From NCBI GenBank assembly GCA_013152955.1, contig JAADFJ010000039.1, positions 1-47,587 of the forward strand: a DNA stretch of 47,587 nt, given 5' to 3'. The notes under the pieces are model-generated. The model did no database searches, was not told where the DNA came from, and was given only the letters and a program-made list of their open reading frames with translations. Positions 28,010 through 41,433 of the stretch are shown piece after piece. Each line of letters starts with the position of its first letter. Positions within the stretch are counted from its first letter, which is position 1. Source of the DNA: Campylobacterota bacterium (GTDB taxonomy: Bacteria; Campylobacterota_A; Desulfurellia; JAADFJ01). A program made the position numbers and the translations under genes.

Positions 28010-29256
28010 ACTATGATATAAAAGACGTCGGTCTTGCCGGCAAAGGAAAACTGATGATTGAATGGGCAGAGATGAGTATGCCTGTTCTGAAAAATATAAA
28101 AAATGATTTCGAAAAGAGAAGGCCGCTTGACGGAGTAAAAATAGGATGCTGCCTCCATGTTACCACAGAAACTGCCGCTCTCATGAGAACACTCAAAGCC
28201 GGAGGAGCCGTCGTAGGACTCGCGGCATCAAATCCGCTTTCAACAAAAGATTATGTTGCAGCCGCGCTTATCGAAGACGGAATACCTGTTTTCGCAATCA
28301 ACGGAGAAGACAGGCAAACTTATTACAGGCACCTTGAATCGATTCTTGAAATGAGGCCGAACATCACTATGGATGACGGAGGAGATCTTATATCATTGAT
28401 CCACTCCAAACATCAGAATCTAACCGAAACAATGCTCGGCAGCACGGAAGAAACCACAACCGGAGTAATACGACTTCAAAGTATGGAGAAAGACAAAGCA
28501 CTTAAAGTACCGGTTATAGCGGTTAATGAGGCCGAGACAAAACATCTGTTCGACAACCGCTACGGCACAGGACAATCTACCCTTGACGGTATACTGCGCG
28601 CAACAAACAGGCTGATTGCCGGAAGCTGCTTTGTGGTTTCGGGATATGGATGGTGCGGAAAAGGAATGTCGATGAGAGCAAAAGGGATGGGCGCAAAAGT
28701 TATTGTGTGCGAAATAAACCCGGTTAAAGCGCTCGAGGCGGCTATGGACGGATTCTCTGTTATGCCGATTAATGAAGCTGCGGCAATAGGAGATTTTTTT
28801 GTAACAGTTACGGGAAATATAAATGTGATTGATAAAGAAGCAATGGAAAAGATGAAAAATGGGGCAATGCTGGCAAATTCAGGTCATTTCGACAGTGAAA
28901 TAAATACAAAATTGCTTAAGGAAACCGCTGTCTCAGCAAGAAACATTCGCCCTGCCCTTGATGAATATCGCATGTCTGATGGTAGAAAAATCTATCTACT
29001 GGCTGACGGAAGACTTGTTAATCTGTCATCAGCAGAAGGACATCCCTCCTCAGTTATGGATATGAGTTTTGCCAATCAGGCACTTTCGGCTCAATATTTA
29101 AATGAGAACAAAGATTTGGAACATAAGGTATACATTGTTCCGACTGAAATTGACAACAAGGTGGCATCTCTAAAGCTTAAAGCAATGGGAATAACAATTG
29201 ACACACTTACAAAAGAGCAGGAGCGATACCTTTCATCATGGAATATAGGCACTTAA
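28006..29256 (+). CDS. ahcY: Adenosylhomocysteinase
   Basis: [32 protein letters not shown] and [11 protein letters not shown]. Confidence 0.98.
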   Translation: MNYDIKDVGLAGKGKLMIEWAEMSMPVLKNIKNDFEKRRPLDGVKIGCCLHVTTETAALMRTLKAGGAVVGLAASNPLSTKDYVAAALIEDGIPVFAINGEDRQTYYRHLESILEMRPNITMDDGGDLISLIHSKHQNLTETMLGSTEETTTGVIRLQSMEKDKALKVPVIAVNEAETKHLFDNRYGTGQSTLDGILRATNRLIAGSCFVVSGYGWCGKGMSMRAKGMGAKVIVCEINPVKALEAAMDGFSVMPINEAAAIGDFFVTVTGNINVIDKEAMEKMKNGAMLANSGHFDSEINTKLLKETAVSARNIRPALDEYRMSDGRKIYLLADGRLVNLSSAEGHPSSVMDMSFANQALSAQYLNENKDLEHKVYIVPTEIDNKVASLKLKAMGITIDTLTKEQERYLSSWNIGT

Positions 29257-29259
29257 GAA

Positions 29260-29322
29260 CACCTCTATTAGTTCAGGGTGCTTAATTGAAAGCCCAAATT
29301 TGCCTGCCCGCACAGACAGGCA
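29260..29322 (+). repeat. Family B repeat end joined to a TGCCTG...CAGGCA hairpin
   Basis: CACCTCTATTAGTTCAGGGTGCTTAATTGAAAGCCCAAATTTGCCT aligns with 1960-2010. TGCCTGCCCGCACAGACAGGCA lies at 29301-29322. Confidence 0.55.
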
Positions 29323-29430
29323 CGCATGCAGATCTTATTAAGGTGCAAATTGTACAGGCAGCAATTAAGTTCAGGATTGGCAATACAAATGGTGCTAATA
29401 CCGAGCTGAATAAGTATGAAGCAATAAATA

Positions 29431-29733
29431 ATGAATACTAATAACAGCAGCTGCAAGCCGTATCTTTCTGATAAAAGTATTGAAAATCTTCAAAGCAGAC
29501 TTTCAAAAATAGAAGGTCAGGTAAGAGGTATTTCAAAGATGCTGCAGGAGAAACGAAACTGTAACGAAATTCTTGTACAGATCTCTGCGATTAAATCGGC
29601 AATTAATCAGGTTGCGATAAGACTCCTTCAGGAACATTTTAAAAGCTGCGTAAAACCTGAGATAAATGCCGGAAGACAGGATATCATCGATGATTTGATG
29701 CTTGCCGTTGAAAGATTGATTAAAATAACATAA
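29431..29733 (+). CDS. CsoR/RcnR-family metal-sensing transcriptional repressor
   Basis: RLSKIEGQVRGI, C.EIL.QISA and H...C give a Cys-His-Cys CsoR-type ligand set. Confidence 0.92.
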   Translation: MNTNNSSCKPYLSDKSIENLQSRLSKIEGQVRGISKMLQEKRNCNEILVQISAIKSAINQVAIRLLQEHFKSCVKPEINAGRQDIIDDLMLAVERLIKIT

Positions 29734-29879
29734 TGAGATCACTCCGCAGATAGGTACCAGACCTGTTCCAGTATAGTAGTTATGAAAGGCTGGAAGTTGC
29801 ATATAATCATCAAAGAAAAATCCCGAATTGTATATAATAGCTGATATAATAAGACATAAGACAAACTGTTGAATGATGA

Positions 29880-29969
29880 TGGCGGAGGAGGTAGGATTCG
29901 AACCCACGGTGGAGAGGTCCCCACAACGGTTTTCAAGACCGCCGCCTTCAACCACTCGGCCACTCCTCC
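29880..29969 (-). tRNA. tRNA-Ser (TGA)
   Basis: GGAGGAG acceptor, CGGT-CTTGAAA-ACCG anticodon arm, long variable arm and GCCA end. Confidence 0.96.
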
Positions 29970-29976
29970 CTGTATT

Positions 29977-30066
29977 TGGCGGAGAGGGCGGGATTTGAAC
30001 CCGCGATAGGAGTAATCCTATACTCGCTTAGCAGGCGAGCGCCTTCAGCCGCTCGGCCACCTCTCC
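29977..30066 (-). tRNA. tRNA-Ser (GCT)
   Basis: GGAGAGG acceptor, CTCGC-CTGCTAA-GCGAG anticodon arm, long variable arm and GCCA end. Confidence 0.96.
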
Positions 30067-30100
30067 GGAGCCTTTAGTTTATATTAGAAAAACCGCTTTT

Positions 30101-31360
30101 TCAAGGGATAATATCGCTTCCCATATATGAGATCAAAGCCTCGGGAATCTTTATTGAGCCATCCTTTTGCTGATAATTTTCTATTACTGCAACCAGCGTT
30201 CTACCAACTGCAAGACCGGACCCGTTCAATATGTGCACGAAACGATTTTCTCCGTTCTCCCTGTATCTTATTTTCGCCCGTCTTGCTTGAAAATCACCTG
30301 TATTTGAACATGAGGAAATCTCCCGATAACGATTTTCTCCCGGCAGCCATACCTCTATATCGTATGTTTTTTTTGCAGAAAATCCGATGTCGCCTGTTGA
30401 TAATTCCATCACCCGATATGCAATGCCCAACGCCTGAAGTACACTTTCCGCATCCTTCACAAGCAGCTCAAGCTCGCTATCGGATTCATCAGGCCTGCAG
30501 AATTTTACAAGCTCCACTTTGTTAAATTGATGCTGGCGTATAATTCCCCTTACATCCTTTCCGTATGATCCCGCCTCCTTTCTAAAGCACACAGAATACT
30601 CCTGATATTTAATAGGCAGATCATACGCCTCAATTATTTCACCTGCATGAAGATTGACCAATGTCACTTCTGCAGTCGGTATAAGAAACAGTTCATCATC
30701 GGTTCGGTAAAGATCATCTATAAATTTAGGAAGCTGCCCGGTACCCATAAGTGCCTCCGCCTTTACAAGAACCGGCGTCAATATCTCCTGATAACCTTGC
30801 TTCAAATGAATATCAAGCATAAAATTTATCAACGATCTTTCAAGTTTCGCTCCCTTGTCTTTATGCACCACAAATCTGCTTCCCGAAAGTTTGGCAGCCC
30901 TATCAAAATCAAGCATTCCAAGCTGCTTCGCCAGCTGCCAATGATTTTTTGGTTTAAAGTCAAATACGGTCGGTTCTCCCCACTTTTTTACTACTCGGTT
31001 TGTCGACTCATCTTTACCGACCGGAATCGTCTCATCGGGCAGATTAGGTATCTCCATAAGCAGCCCTTTAAGTACAGCCTTTTTTGACACTGCCTGCTCT
31101 TTTATCTGCCTGATCTGCTCTTTTATCTGTTTATTGTTTTGTTTCAACTCATCAATCTTTTTCCTGTCGCCTGCAACCCGCTTAAACAGCTTTGCATTAA
31201 CTTTAGCCTTATGCTGAAGTTGTTCAAGCGTCCCGTTTATCTCAAGAAACTCTTTATCAAGCTCAACAATTCGGTCCCAATCAATTTTGTAGTGAAAGCG
31301 TTTCTCTATCTGTTTTTTAACATAGTCAATATTCTTTCTTATAAGTCCTATTGCGATCAC
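30101..31360 (-). CDS. serS: Serine--tRNA ligase
   Basis: N-terminal coiled coil; LIPTAEV, FRKEAGS, RQHQFNKVE, EISSCSN and NGSGLAVGR. Confidence 0.98.
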   Translation of the reverse strand: MIAIGLIRKNIDYVKKQIEKRFHYKIDWDRIVELDKEFLEINGTLEQLQHKAKVNAKLFKRVAGDRKKIDELKQNNKQIKEQIRQIKEQAVSKKAVLKGLLMEIPNLPDETIPVGKDESTNRVVKKWGEPTVFDFKPKNHWQLAKQLGMLDFDRAAKLSGSRFVVHKDKGAKLERSLINFMLDIHLKQGYQEILTPVLVKAEALMGTGQLPKFIDDLYRTDDELFLIPTAEVTLVNLHAGEIIEAYDLPIKYQEYSVCFRKEAGSYGKDVRGIIRQHQFNKVELVKFCRPDESDSELELLVKDAESVLQALGIAYRVMELSTGDIGFSAKKTYDIEVWLPGENRYREISSCSNTGDFQARRAKIRYRENGENRFVHILNGSGLAVGRTLVAVIENYQQKDGSIKIPEALISYMGSDIIP

Positions 31361-31803
31361 TTCTCCTCCTTAGCAAGAGACTTTTCAATTTCATAACAAC
31401 CGTATCGTAGAGATTTTATTTTTATAGTCAATTTCGGCAGCAAAAGTTTTCCTATCTCCTCGATAACTCTGAGCGATTCTTCAACCCTTTTAAAATTACC
31501 GGCACTAACATCGCTCAACCCGGCCCTTGAGACCTCATCCTTCAGTGTTATTTCGGTACCGCAGTCGTTTTCGGTGTCTCTTGACTGAAGCAGAGGCAGC
31601 CTGATTCTATACTCCTTTTCACATTCGGTCAGACTATGTCTGAATTTTTTGAGAATCAGAATATTCTCTTGCTGACTTTCATAACAAAAGCGGTAAATAT
31701 CCTCAATAACACGCATTCCTTCTCTTGCTCTGTTGAAATTTGCATCCAGAAGCCTCAAAAGTTTTTCATTGCTACTGTTGCTGGAATATTCCTTCAAGTC
31801 CAT
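31357..31803 (-). CDS. Stand-alone ThiD2-type domain protein (N-terminal domain of long ThiE proteins)
   Basis: RLLDANFNRAREGMRVIED, RDT.ND.G, NFKRVEESLRVIEE and RY..YE.EK. Confidence 0.85.
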   Translation of the reverse strand: MDLKEYSSNSSNEKLLRLLDANFNRAREGMRVIEDIYRFCYESQQENILILKKFRHSLTECEKEYRIRLPLLQSRDTENDCGTEITLKDEVSRAGLSDVSAGNFKRVEESLRVIEEIGKLLLPKLTIKIKSLRYGCYEIEKSLAKEEK

Positions 31804-32548
31804 ACCTGTTGCTTTTTTCTATTAAAACAAGAAATTTTACGCTGTCGCCGGCTTTCCATTGAACATCTTCCCTATTAAAAACAACTATCTTGAAGCGTCC
31901 TATATTTTTAAGATAGACAAATGAGGCTCTTCGGCCTTTTCTGATTCTTCTTATTGCACCATCAAGAATAACGATTTTTCCTATATGATTTTCTATCTGT
32001 TCTTTTGTTTTTATAACATCGGGTTTTTTCCGTTTAATCTCTTTTGTTCCGTTTTTCCATAACCGGACAAACTCTTTCTCGTAAAGTGCTCCAATTCGCT
32101 TATTATGAATAATAAGCATATTTTCATTATTTCTTGAATTTGCCGATGCAGTCCAGTTGTAAGAACCGGTAAGAACGGTTTTTTTGTCTATTACGGCAAA
32201 TTTGTTGTGCATAATTCCATCTACACCATAAAGCGAGATTACGGCTGCATATTTTACATTTACCCCATGATTAGTTAGATATTTCGCCTTGCTGTATAAA
32301 TTGCCGACGGCATTCTTAGTGTCCAAAAGCACCCTAACGATTACCTTCTGTTTCGATAACTTTATTATTTTCTGCGCAAGAGGTCTATCGGTAAAGCTGA
32401 ACATCGCGATATCCGCACTTGCTCTTGCCTTATCAAGCGCACCGATTATATGGGTTCTGACATGATCATTAGGAGAAAAATAAACATCAATGGAAGAAGA
32501 ACCTGATGGGGAAAATAAAAATATGAACAGCCCCGCCACAACTATCAA
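31772..32548 (-). CDS. Phospholipase D / Nuc-like single-HKD protein with a possible C-terminal OB fold
   Basis: YFSP, MHNKFAVIDK..VLTGSYNWT and NNEN. Hydrophobic N-terminus. Start uncertain. Confidence 0.88.
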   Translation of the reverse strand: MIVVAGLFIFLFSPSGSSSIDVYFSPNDHVRTHIIGALDKARASADIAMFSFTDRPLAQKIIKLSKQKVIVRVLLDTKNAVGNLYSKAKYLTNHGVNVKYAAVISLYGVDGIMHNKFAVIDKKTVLTGSYNWTASANSRNNENMLIIHNKRIGALYEKEFVRLWKNGTKEIKRKKPDVIKTKEQIENHIGKIVILDGAIRRIRKGRRASFVYLKNIGRFKIVVFNREDVQWKAGDSVKFLVLIEKSNRYGLEGIFQQQ

Positions 32549-32597
32549 AATAGCGTTATACCTAATTAACGCATAGCGGAATTTACTGCTGTTTTTA

Positions 32598-36090
<3,493 letters not shown>

Positions 36091-36933
36091 TTACGCCTCC
36101 GGCTCCACATATTTCTGAGCCGTACTTATGGCAAGTTTTCTGACACGTCTTATGTAGTTGGTTCTTTCGGTAACGCTAATTGCTCCTCTGGCATCAAGGA
36201 GATTGAACAGATGAGAACATTTTATGCAGCAATCATAAGCCGGTTTCACAAGATCGGCATCAATCAGTCTTAATCCTTCATTTTCATATTCGTTAAAAAG
36301 CCTGAAAAGCATAGCAATGTCAGCTGTCTCAAAATTATATTTTGAGTATACCTTTTCATCCTGAATATGAATATCTCCATAACTGTAATCTTTACTCCAC
36401 TTGATATCAAATACCGACTGTTTTTTTTGAAGATACATCGCAATTCTTTCTGTCCCGTATGTCAGCTCGCATGATATGGGATCAAGATTAACTCCGCCAA
36501 CCTGCTGAAAATAGGTAAACTGACTGATTTCCATTCCGTCAAGCCAAACTTCCCATCCAAGACCCCATGCTCCAAGCGTCGGTGATTGCCAATTGTCTTC
36601 CACGAATCTTATATCATGCTTTTTTGTTTCTATTCCGAGCGCTTCAAGGCTTTTAAGATAAAGCTCCTGTGAATCAATCGGTGAAGGTTTTAGAATGACC
36701 TGATATTGATAATAATGCTGCAATCTGTTGGGGTTGTCTCCGTAACGACCGTCAGTCGGGCGGCGTGAAGGCTGGACATACGCGCACCTCCACGGTTTGT
36801 TTCCCAACACTCCGAAAAATGTTGCATGATGAAAAGTTCCGGCTCCAACCTCTATATCATAAGGCTGTAATATTATACACCCGTTTTCTTTCCAATAATT
36901 ATGCAATGTTATGAGTATATCCTGATATAACAA
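36091..36933 (-). CDS. glyQ: Glycine--tRNA ligase alpha subunit
   Basis: [26 protein letters not shown] and [12 protein letters not shown]. Confidence 0.98.
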   Translation of the reverse strand: MLYQDILITLHNYWKENGCIILQPYDIEVGAGTFHHATFFGVLGNKPWRCAYVQPSRRPTDGRYGDNPNRLQHYYQYQVILKPSPIDSQELYLKSLEALGIETKKHDIRFVEDNWQSPTLGAWGLGWEVWLDGMEISQFTYFQQVGGVNLDPISCELTYGTERIAMYLQKKQSVFDIKWSKDYSYGDIHIQDEKVYSKYNFETADIAMLFRLFNEYENEGLRLIDADLVKPAYDCCIKCSHLFNLLDARGAISVTERTNYIRRVRKLAISTAQKYVEPEA

Positions 36934-36942
36934 TTGCCCTCC

Positions 36943-37560
36943 TTAATATTTTCTGCTAAAAATTGCCGAAAACAGAAGTCCGTACATAAATCCGCCGATA
37001 TGAATCAGCCATCCGGTATCGGTTTTATCGGTAAACGTCATTATACTGTCTATATACTGAATTACAAACCAAATTGCAACAAAAAGTAGAATGAAAATTC
37101 TTGAAAAATGATGTACAAACGGATCCAATCTGAAATATCTGATCTTTTGGGCTGCAAAATAATATATATATCCGGCTACTATTGCACTTATTGCTCCGCT
37201 TGCTCCTATTATCGGAATTGATGAGCTGCTGTTAAAAAATGAGTAAAAGAGAACACTTGCTGCTGAAGCCGATATAAACAGTAAAAAATATTGCCTGTGT
37301 CCGATTTCCATCTCAAGATCATTGCCGAAAATATAGATAAAAACAGCATTTGTAGCAAGATGAAAAAAATCGTAATGCAGAAATGCGTAAGAGATTATGC
37401 GCCAGAAAGCCAATCTGTCAAAAAAAAGCGATGGAGAAAATGACAGACTCGCAAAAATAGAGTTTTTTTCTGCACCAACTGCATATATAACAACAAAAGA
37501 CACTATTAAAAATAGATTGACCGCAGGTAATCTATTTATTGCGGCTGCAGCATTTCTCAT
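36943..37560 (-). CDS. Rhomboid-family intramembrane serine protease
   Basis: WR...FLH...HL..N, GASGA and HIGG. Confidence 0.92.
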   Translation of the reverse strand: MRNAAAAINRLPAVNLFLIVSFVVIYAVGAEKNSIFASLSFSPSLFFDRLAFWRIISYAFLHYDFFHLATNAVFIYIFGNDLEMEIGHRQYFLLFISASAASVLFYSFFNSSSSIPIIGASGAISAIVAGYIYYFAAQKIRYFRLDPFVHHFSRIFILLFVAIWFVIQYIDSIMTFTDKTDTGWLIHIGGFMYGLLFSAIFSRKY

Positions 37561-37738
37561 AAATATCCGGTTTTCTTAAAGGACATTTTTATTGATCCAT
37601 AAACAAACATCCAAACTTCAAATTAGAATCTTCTTTCATTGCAAATCCAGGCAAAAAATCCAGCCGTACATATGCAATTTATGTCTTGCCTGCAAATTCG
37701 GACTCTCAATTTAAAACACTCGTAAATGATAGGCGCCC

Positions 37739-38557
37739 TCAAAAAGATCGGATAAGACGCGCTGCAGGTTCTCCAAAACGAATCTTTTCTCCCCGTTCTA
37801 CTTCAATATTGAATGTATCAGGCTGCCCGATCAGTACCACGGTAGAACCCATCATAAACATTCCAATCTGTTCCGCTTTATCCAGCCAAAGATTTTCATA
37901 TTTATAGTGAGACGGTTTGCCGCAATTTACATTTTCATGAACCCTGTTATCAAATGAAATTATTATTTTGCCAACATCAAGCGCTCCGACAAAAACAATG
38001 AAGAACAGCCTTCCTGCTGCGTCATAACATTCCATAATCACTCTCTCATTTTGTATGAACAGATTTAATCTTTTGCGGCATGAAGGAATATTTACAGGAT
38101 AAAGTTTGCCCGGCTTATAAAGCAGAGACACTATTCTGAGCTTACAAGGCGCGTGATACCTATGATAATCTTTTGGCGAAAGATAAAAATTGATGAAGTT
38201 GCCTCCGTAAATCTTTTGTGCACAGGAAGCGTAACGATCTGTCAGCAGATCATCAACGGAATACGGCATTCCTTTTATTTGAAGAAGAATATTATCTTTT
38301 ATTGTTCCGCATTCTGTTACAAGTGCATCAACAGGTGAAATCAGAATCTCATCATCTGTATTAATTGTTCTCTCATATTTAAGTTCTCTCGAAAAAAGTG
38401 CATTCAAAGTAGGATAGCTATCCGGATCATTAAACTCACTCATATCTACTCTCATAAGTTTAACATAGAGATTATTGATAATCTTTCGGATAAACGGCGG
38501 AAATTCCTTTGATGCAAAAATTCCGAATAGATGCGAAAAAAGCGCTGTCCAATGCAT
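37739..38557 (-). CDS. psd: Phosphatidylserine decarboxylase proenzyme
   Basis: SPVD, QIKG..YS, YLSPKDYHRYH, NERV and the GST cleavage motif (MGSTVV). Confidence 0.95.
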   Translation of the reverse strand: MHWTALFSHLFGIFASKEFPPFIRKIINNLYVKLMRVDMSEFNDPDSYPTLNALFSRELKYERTINTDDEILISPVDALVTECGTIKDNILLQIKGMPYSVDDLLTDRYASCAQKIYGGNFINFYLSPKDYHRYHAPCKLRIVSLLYKPGKLYPVNIPSCRKRLNLFIQNERVIMECYDAAGRLFFIVFVGALDVGKIIISFDNRVHENVNCGKPSHYKYENLWLDKAEQIGMFMMGSTVVLIGQPDTFNIEVERGEKIRFGEPAARLIRSF

Positions 38558-38763
38558 AAAATACCTCTCTGTTTTTGACAGACAAACAGTTGTTCTGCAG
38601 TTCTGCCGTACTGTCCCGTTTGAATATCCGCTGGCATATAACTTTTGTTAAAGTATAGCAAATTCAGCTGTTTTGTCCATATTAATAATACATCTTGATA
38701 TAAGGCAACAAGAAATGCACAAGTGAGCAAAATTTATAATTTTATAAAAATATATAAAAAGAC

Positions 38764-38792
38764 TTGACAGCAGATATATTTGATGCTATAAG
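38764..38792 (+). promoter_or_regulatory. Sigma70-type promoter of the RRM protein gene
   Basis: TTGACA-17 bp-TATAAG with extended TG. Confidence 0.6.
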
Positions 38793-38879
38793 TTACCAAT
38801 CTTTTATATGATTAGCGTTAATATAAAAGGTTGCCGTCTGCCAAAAGACAGATGGTAGAAATTTTAGAGGTAGGTGTAC

Positions 38880-39149
38880 ATGGTTAAGACGCTTTATGTT
38901 GGAAATCTTCCATACAATTGTTCGGAAGAAGACTTGAAGAATTTGTTTTCTGATTATTGTGAGGTCAACTCGGCTAAAATAATAGCTGATAGAGAGACCG
39001 GAAGATCGAGAGGGTTTGGATTTGTTGAGGTAGAATCTGATAACGTTTCTGCTGCAATTGAAGCTACAGATGGAAAGGAGTTTGGCGGACGTAATCTCAG
39101 GGTTAACGAAGCAAAGGAGAGAAAAGCAGCGGCGCACAGCAGATATTAA
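38880..39149 (+). CDS. RNA-binding protein (single RRM)
   Basis: RNP2 LYVGNL, RNP1 RGFGFVE, and GRNLRVNEA. Confidence 0.95.
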   Translation: MVKTLYVGNLPYNCSEEDLKNLFSDYCEVNSAKIIADRETGRSRGFGFVEVESDNVSAAIEATDGKEFGGRNLRVNEAKERKAAAHSRY

Positions 39150-39162
39150 ACAAAATTAAGAT

Positions 39163-39202
39163 AAATATAGATCGTCTTTTGCAAATTAGACGGTCTATAT
39201 TT
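39163..39202 (+). terminator. Hairpin terminator after the RRM gene
   Basis: AAATATAGATCGTCT / AGACGGTCTATATTT inverted repeat (14/15). Confidence 0.6.
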
Positions 39203-39375
39203 CTATATAAATCTTATTCAAAATGACAACTGGTCGAGTTTTTCATTTGGCTGAATGATTTGGTTGATTTCTAATTAAAGTTCAGTTTGATCTGAATTCT
39301 GCAAACTTTGTCGCTTTACACAATCTTTTATTATTTCTTTATCCAATCCAACTTTTCAGCTTATGGAACAAATTA

Positions 39376-39500
39376 GTTTGAGAATTTTAATTTTTTGAAG
39401 ATTGTTTTTTCTTCGGCTTCCCTGCTAACTTTATGAAGTTTCCTATGCGTTGAGTTAAACTTCTTTGAATTTAATCCGTTAGTCCTTCATAAGTTTGCCT
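39376..39500. repeat. Internal fragment of MITE family A (no TIRs)
   Basis: Aligns with 24477-24604 and 44685-44745, e.g. AACTTCTTTGAA...CCGTTAGTCCTTCA.AAGTTTG. Confidence 0.7.
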
Positions 39501-39580
39501 TAACACTTGATTAGCAAAGATTATCAACTATATTTCTATCTAATGATAAAAAATTTTCTTCACAGCAAAAATATATCAAG

Positions 39581-40432
39581 ATGAGATTGTTAGAAAGACT
39601 GAAAAAAGGCTTATTAAAAACCAGGACAGCTATATCTATCGGAAAATTTGATCCGGAGCTTCTTGAGGAAAAGCTGCTTGCTGCGGATTTTGGATCAGAG
39701 ACATCTGATAAAATAATAGAAGCTATCAAAAAAATAGCAGATAAAAATAACTGGAAAGAAGCTGCAAGGAAGATTATTTACGAAAGCCTTATAATGGTTG
39801 AAAAACCAATCAGATACTACAAAACACCTTTTATTATGATGTTCGTAGGCATAAACGGAGGCGGAAAGACGACAACAATAGGAAAACTCGCCTATCAATA
39901 TAATCAGGCTGGAAGATCGGTAATCCTGGCAGCAGCAGACACATATAGGGCTGCGGCAACCGACCAGCTTGAAATCTGGGCAAAGCGTTCGGATTCCAAA
40001 ATCGTGAAACAACCCGAGGGAAGCGACCCGTCGTCGGTTGCATTTGATGCCTGTTCTTCGGCAAAAGCAAAAAAAACGGATATTGTAATGATCGATACGG
40101 CAGGAAGACTGCACACCAACCAAAACCTAACCCGACAGCTCATAAAGATGAAGCGGGTTATAAAAAAGATAGATGAGGATGCACCGCATGAAATAATTCT
40201 TGTTATAGACAGTACAATAGGTAGAAATAGCTTGATTCAAGCTGAACAATTCGATAAGGCTCTCGGATTAACAGGTATTGTTGTCACAAAACTTGATGGC
40301 ACCTCAAAAGGAGGTATAATTGTTGATATAGCAAAAGAGCTGAAAATTCCAATCAGATATATAGGATTCGGAGAAAAAATAGAAGACTTAAAAGCGTTCG
40401 ATGCAAAAGAGTTTTCAAACGCCTTAATTTAG
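39581..40432 (+). CDS. ftsY: Signal recognition particle receptor (short NG-only form)
   Basis: GINGGGKTTT, DTYRAAA, DTAGR and TKLDGTSKGG. Confidence 0.97.
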   Translation: MRLLERLKKGLLKTRTAISIGKFDPELLEEKLLAADFGSETSDKIIEAIKKIADKNNWKEAARKIIYESLIMVEKPIRYYKTPFIMMFVGINGGGKTTTIGKLAYQYNQAGRSVILAAADTYRAAATDQLEIWAKRSDSKIVKQPEGSDPSSVAFDACSSAKAKKTDIVMIDTAGRLHTNQNLTRQLIKMKRVIKKIDEDAPHEIILVIDSTIGRNSLIQAEQFDKALGLTGIVVTKLDGTSKGGIIVDIAKELKIPIRYIGFGEKIEDLKAFDAKEFSNALI

Positions 40433-40440
40433 GAGGGCAG

Positions 40441-41433
40441 ATGGATCAAAATCCACAGTTTGATATTAAAAATATCAATTTCAATTTCAACAAAATAAAT
40501 TTCAAGTCATTGGGAATTATAGCAATAGCAATCATTGTTGCCGTAATTCTGTTCTCTTCATGGTTTACGGTCAAAACCGATTCGGTAGGTGTTGTACTCA
40601 GATTTGGTAAATATGTCCGAATCGCAGGACCTGGACTTAATTTTAAACTGCCGTACGGTATAGAAAAGGTATATGATGTTCCTGTTCAAAGGCAGCTTAA
40701 GCTTGAGTTCGGATTCAGATCGGTACTTCCGGGAATGCGAACACAATATTCTGAAAAAGGATACAAAAGTGAATCGCTTATGCTTACCGGCGATCTTAAT
40801 GCAGTCGTAGTTCAATGGATAGTACAATATAGAATCGACAATCCGTACGATTATCTTTTCAAGGTAAAGGATCCAACACAGGTATTCAGAAATATGAACG
40901 AAGCCGTTATGAGATCAGTTGTAGGAGATAGGACGGTTGATGAAGTTTTGACCGTAGGACGCCAAGAGGTTGCCGCCACGGCAACAAAAATGCTGCAGAA
41001 GTTGTCAAACCAGTACGGTATGGGTATAAGAGTTGCTCAGGTTGTGCTTCAGGATGTTATGCCCCCCGAACAAGTTAAGCCGGCATTCAATGCAGTTAAC
41101 GAAGCTCAGCAGGAAAAAGCAAAGCTCATAAATCAGGCTCTTGCTAACTATAACAGAGCAATACCGAAAGCCAAAGGGAAAGCGGCGCAAACCATTCAGA
41201 TAGCAAAAGGATATGCGATTAATAAAATCAATAGAGCCAAAGGCAATGCTGACAGATTTGATAAATTCTTTAATGCCTATATGACCGCAAAAAATGTAAC
41301 ATACCAGCGTATCTATCTTAATACAATGGCTGATATTCTATCAAAAGCCAAAAAAGTCATAAGCGATGGGAAAGCAACCACACTTCCCATTTTGCCGCTT
41401 AAACGACTGCTTCAGAACAGAGGTGAAAAATGA
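40441..41433 (+). CDS. hflK: FtsH modulator HflK
   Basis: SPFH domain; GVVLRFGK, MLTGDLN, PPEQVKPAF and YQRIYL. Confidence 0.93.
   Translation: MDQNPQFDIKNINFNFNKINFKSLGIIAIAIIVAVILFSSWFTVKTDSVGVVLRFGKYVRIAGPGLNFKLPYGIEKVYDVPVQRQLKLEFGFRSVLPGMRTQYSEKGYKSESLMLTGDLNAVVVQWIVQYRIDNPYDYLFKVKDPTQVFRNMNEAVMRSVVGDRTVDEVLTVGRQEVAATATKMLQKLSNQYGMGIRVAQVVLQDVMPPEQVKPAFNAVNEAQQEKAKLINQALANYNRAIPKAKGKAAQTIQIAKGYAINKINRAKGNADRFDKFFNAYMTAKNVTYQRIYLNTMADILSKAKKVISDGKATTLPILPLKRLLQNRGEK

Noticed and set aside
29533-29963. ORFs 29533-29955 and 29739-29963
   Set aside because: Their N-termini are translations of tRNA-Ser, so they are shadow ORFs.
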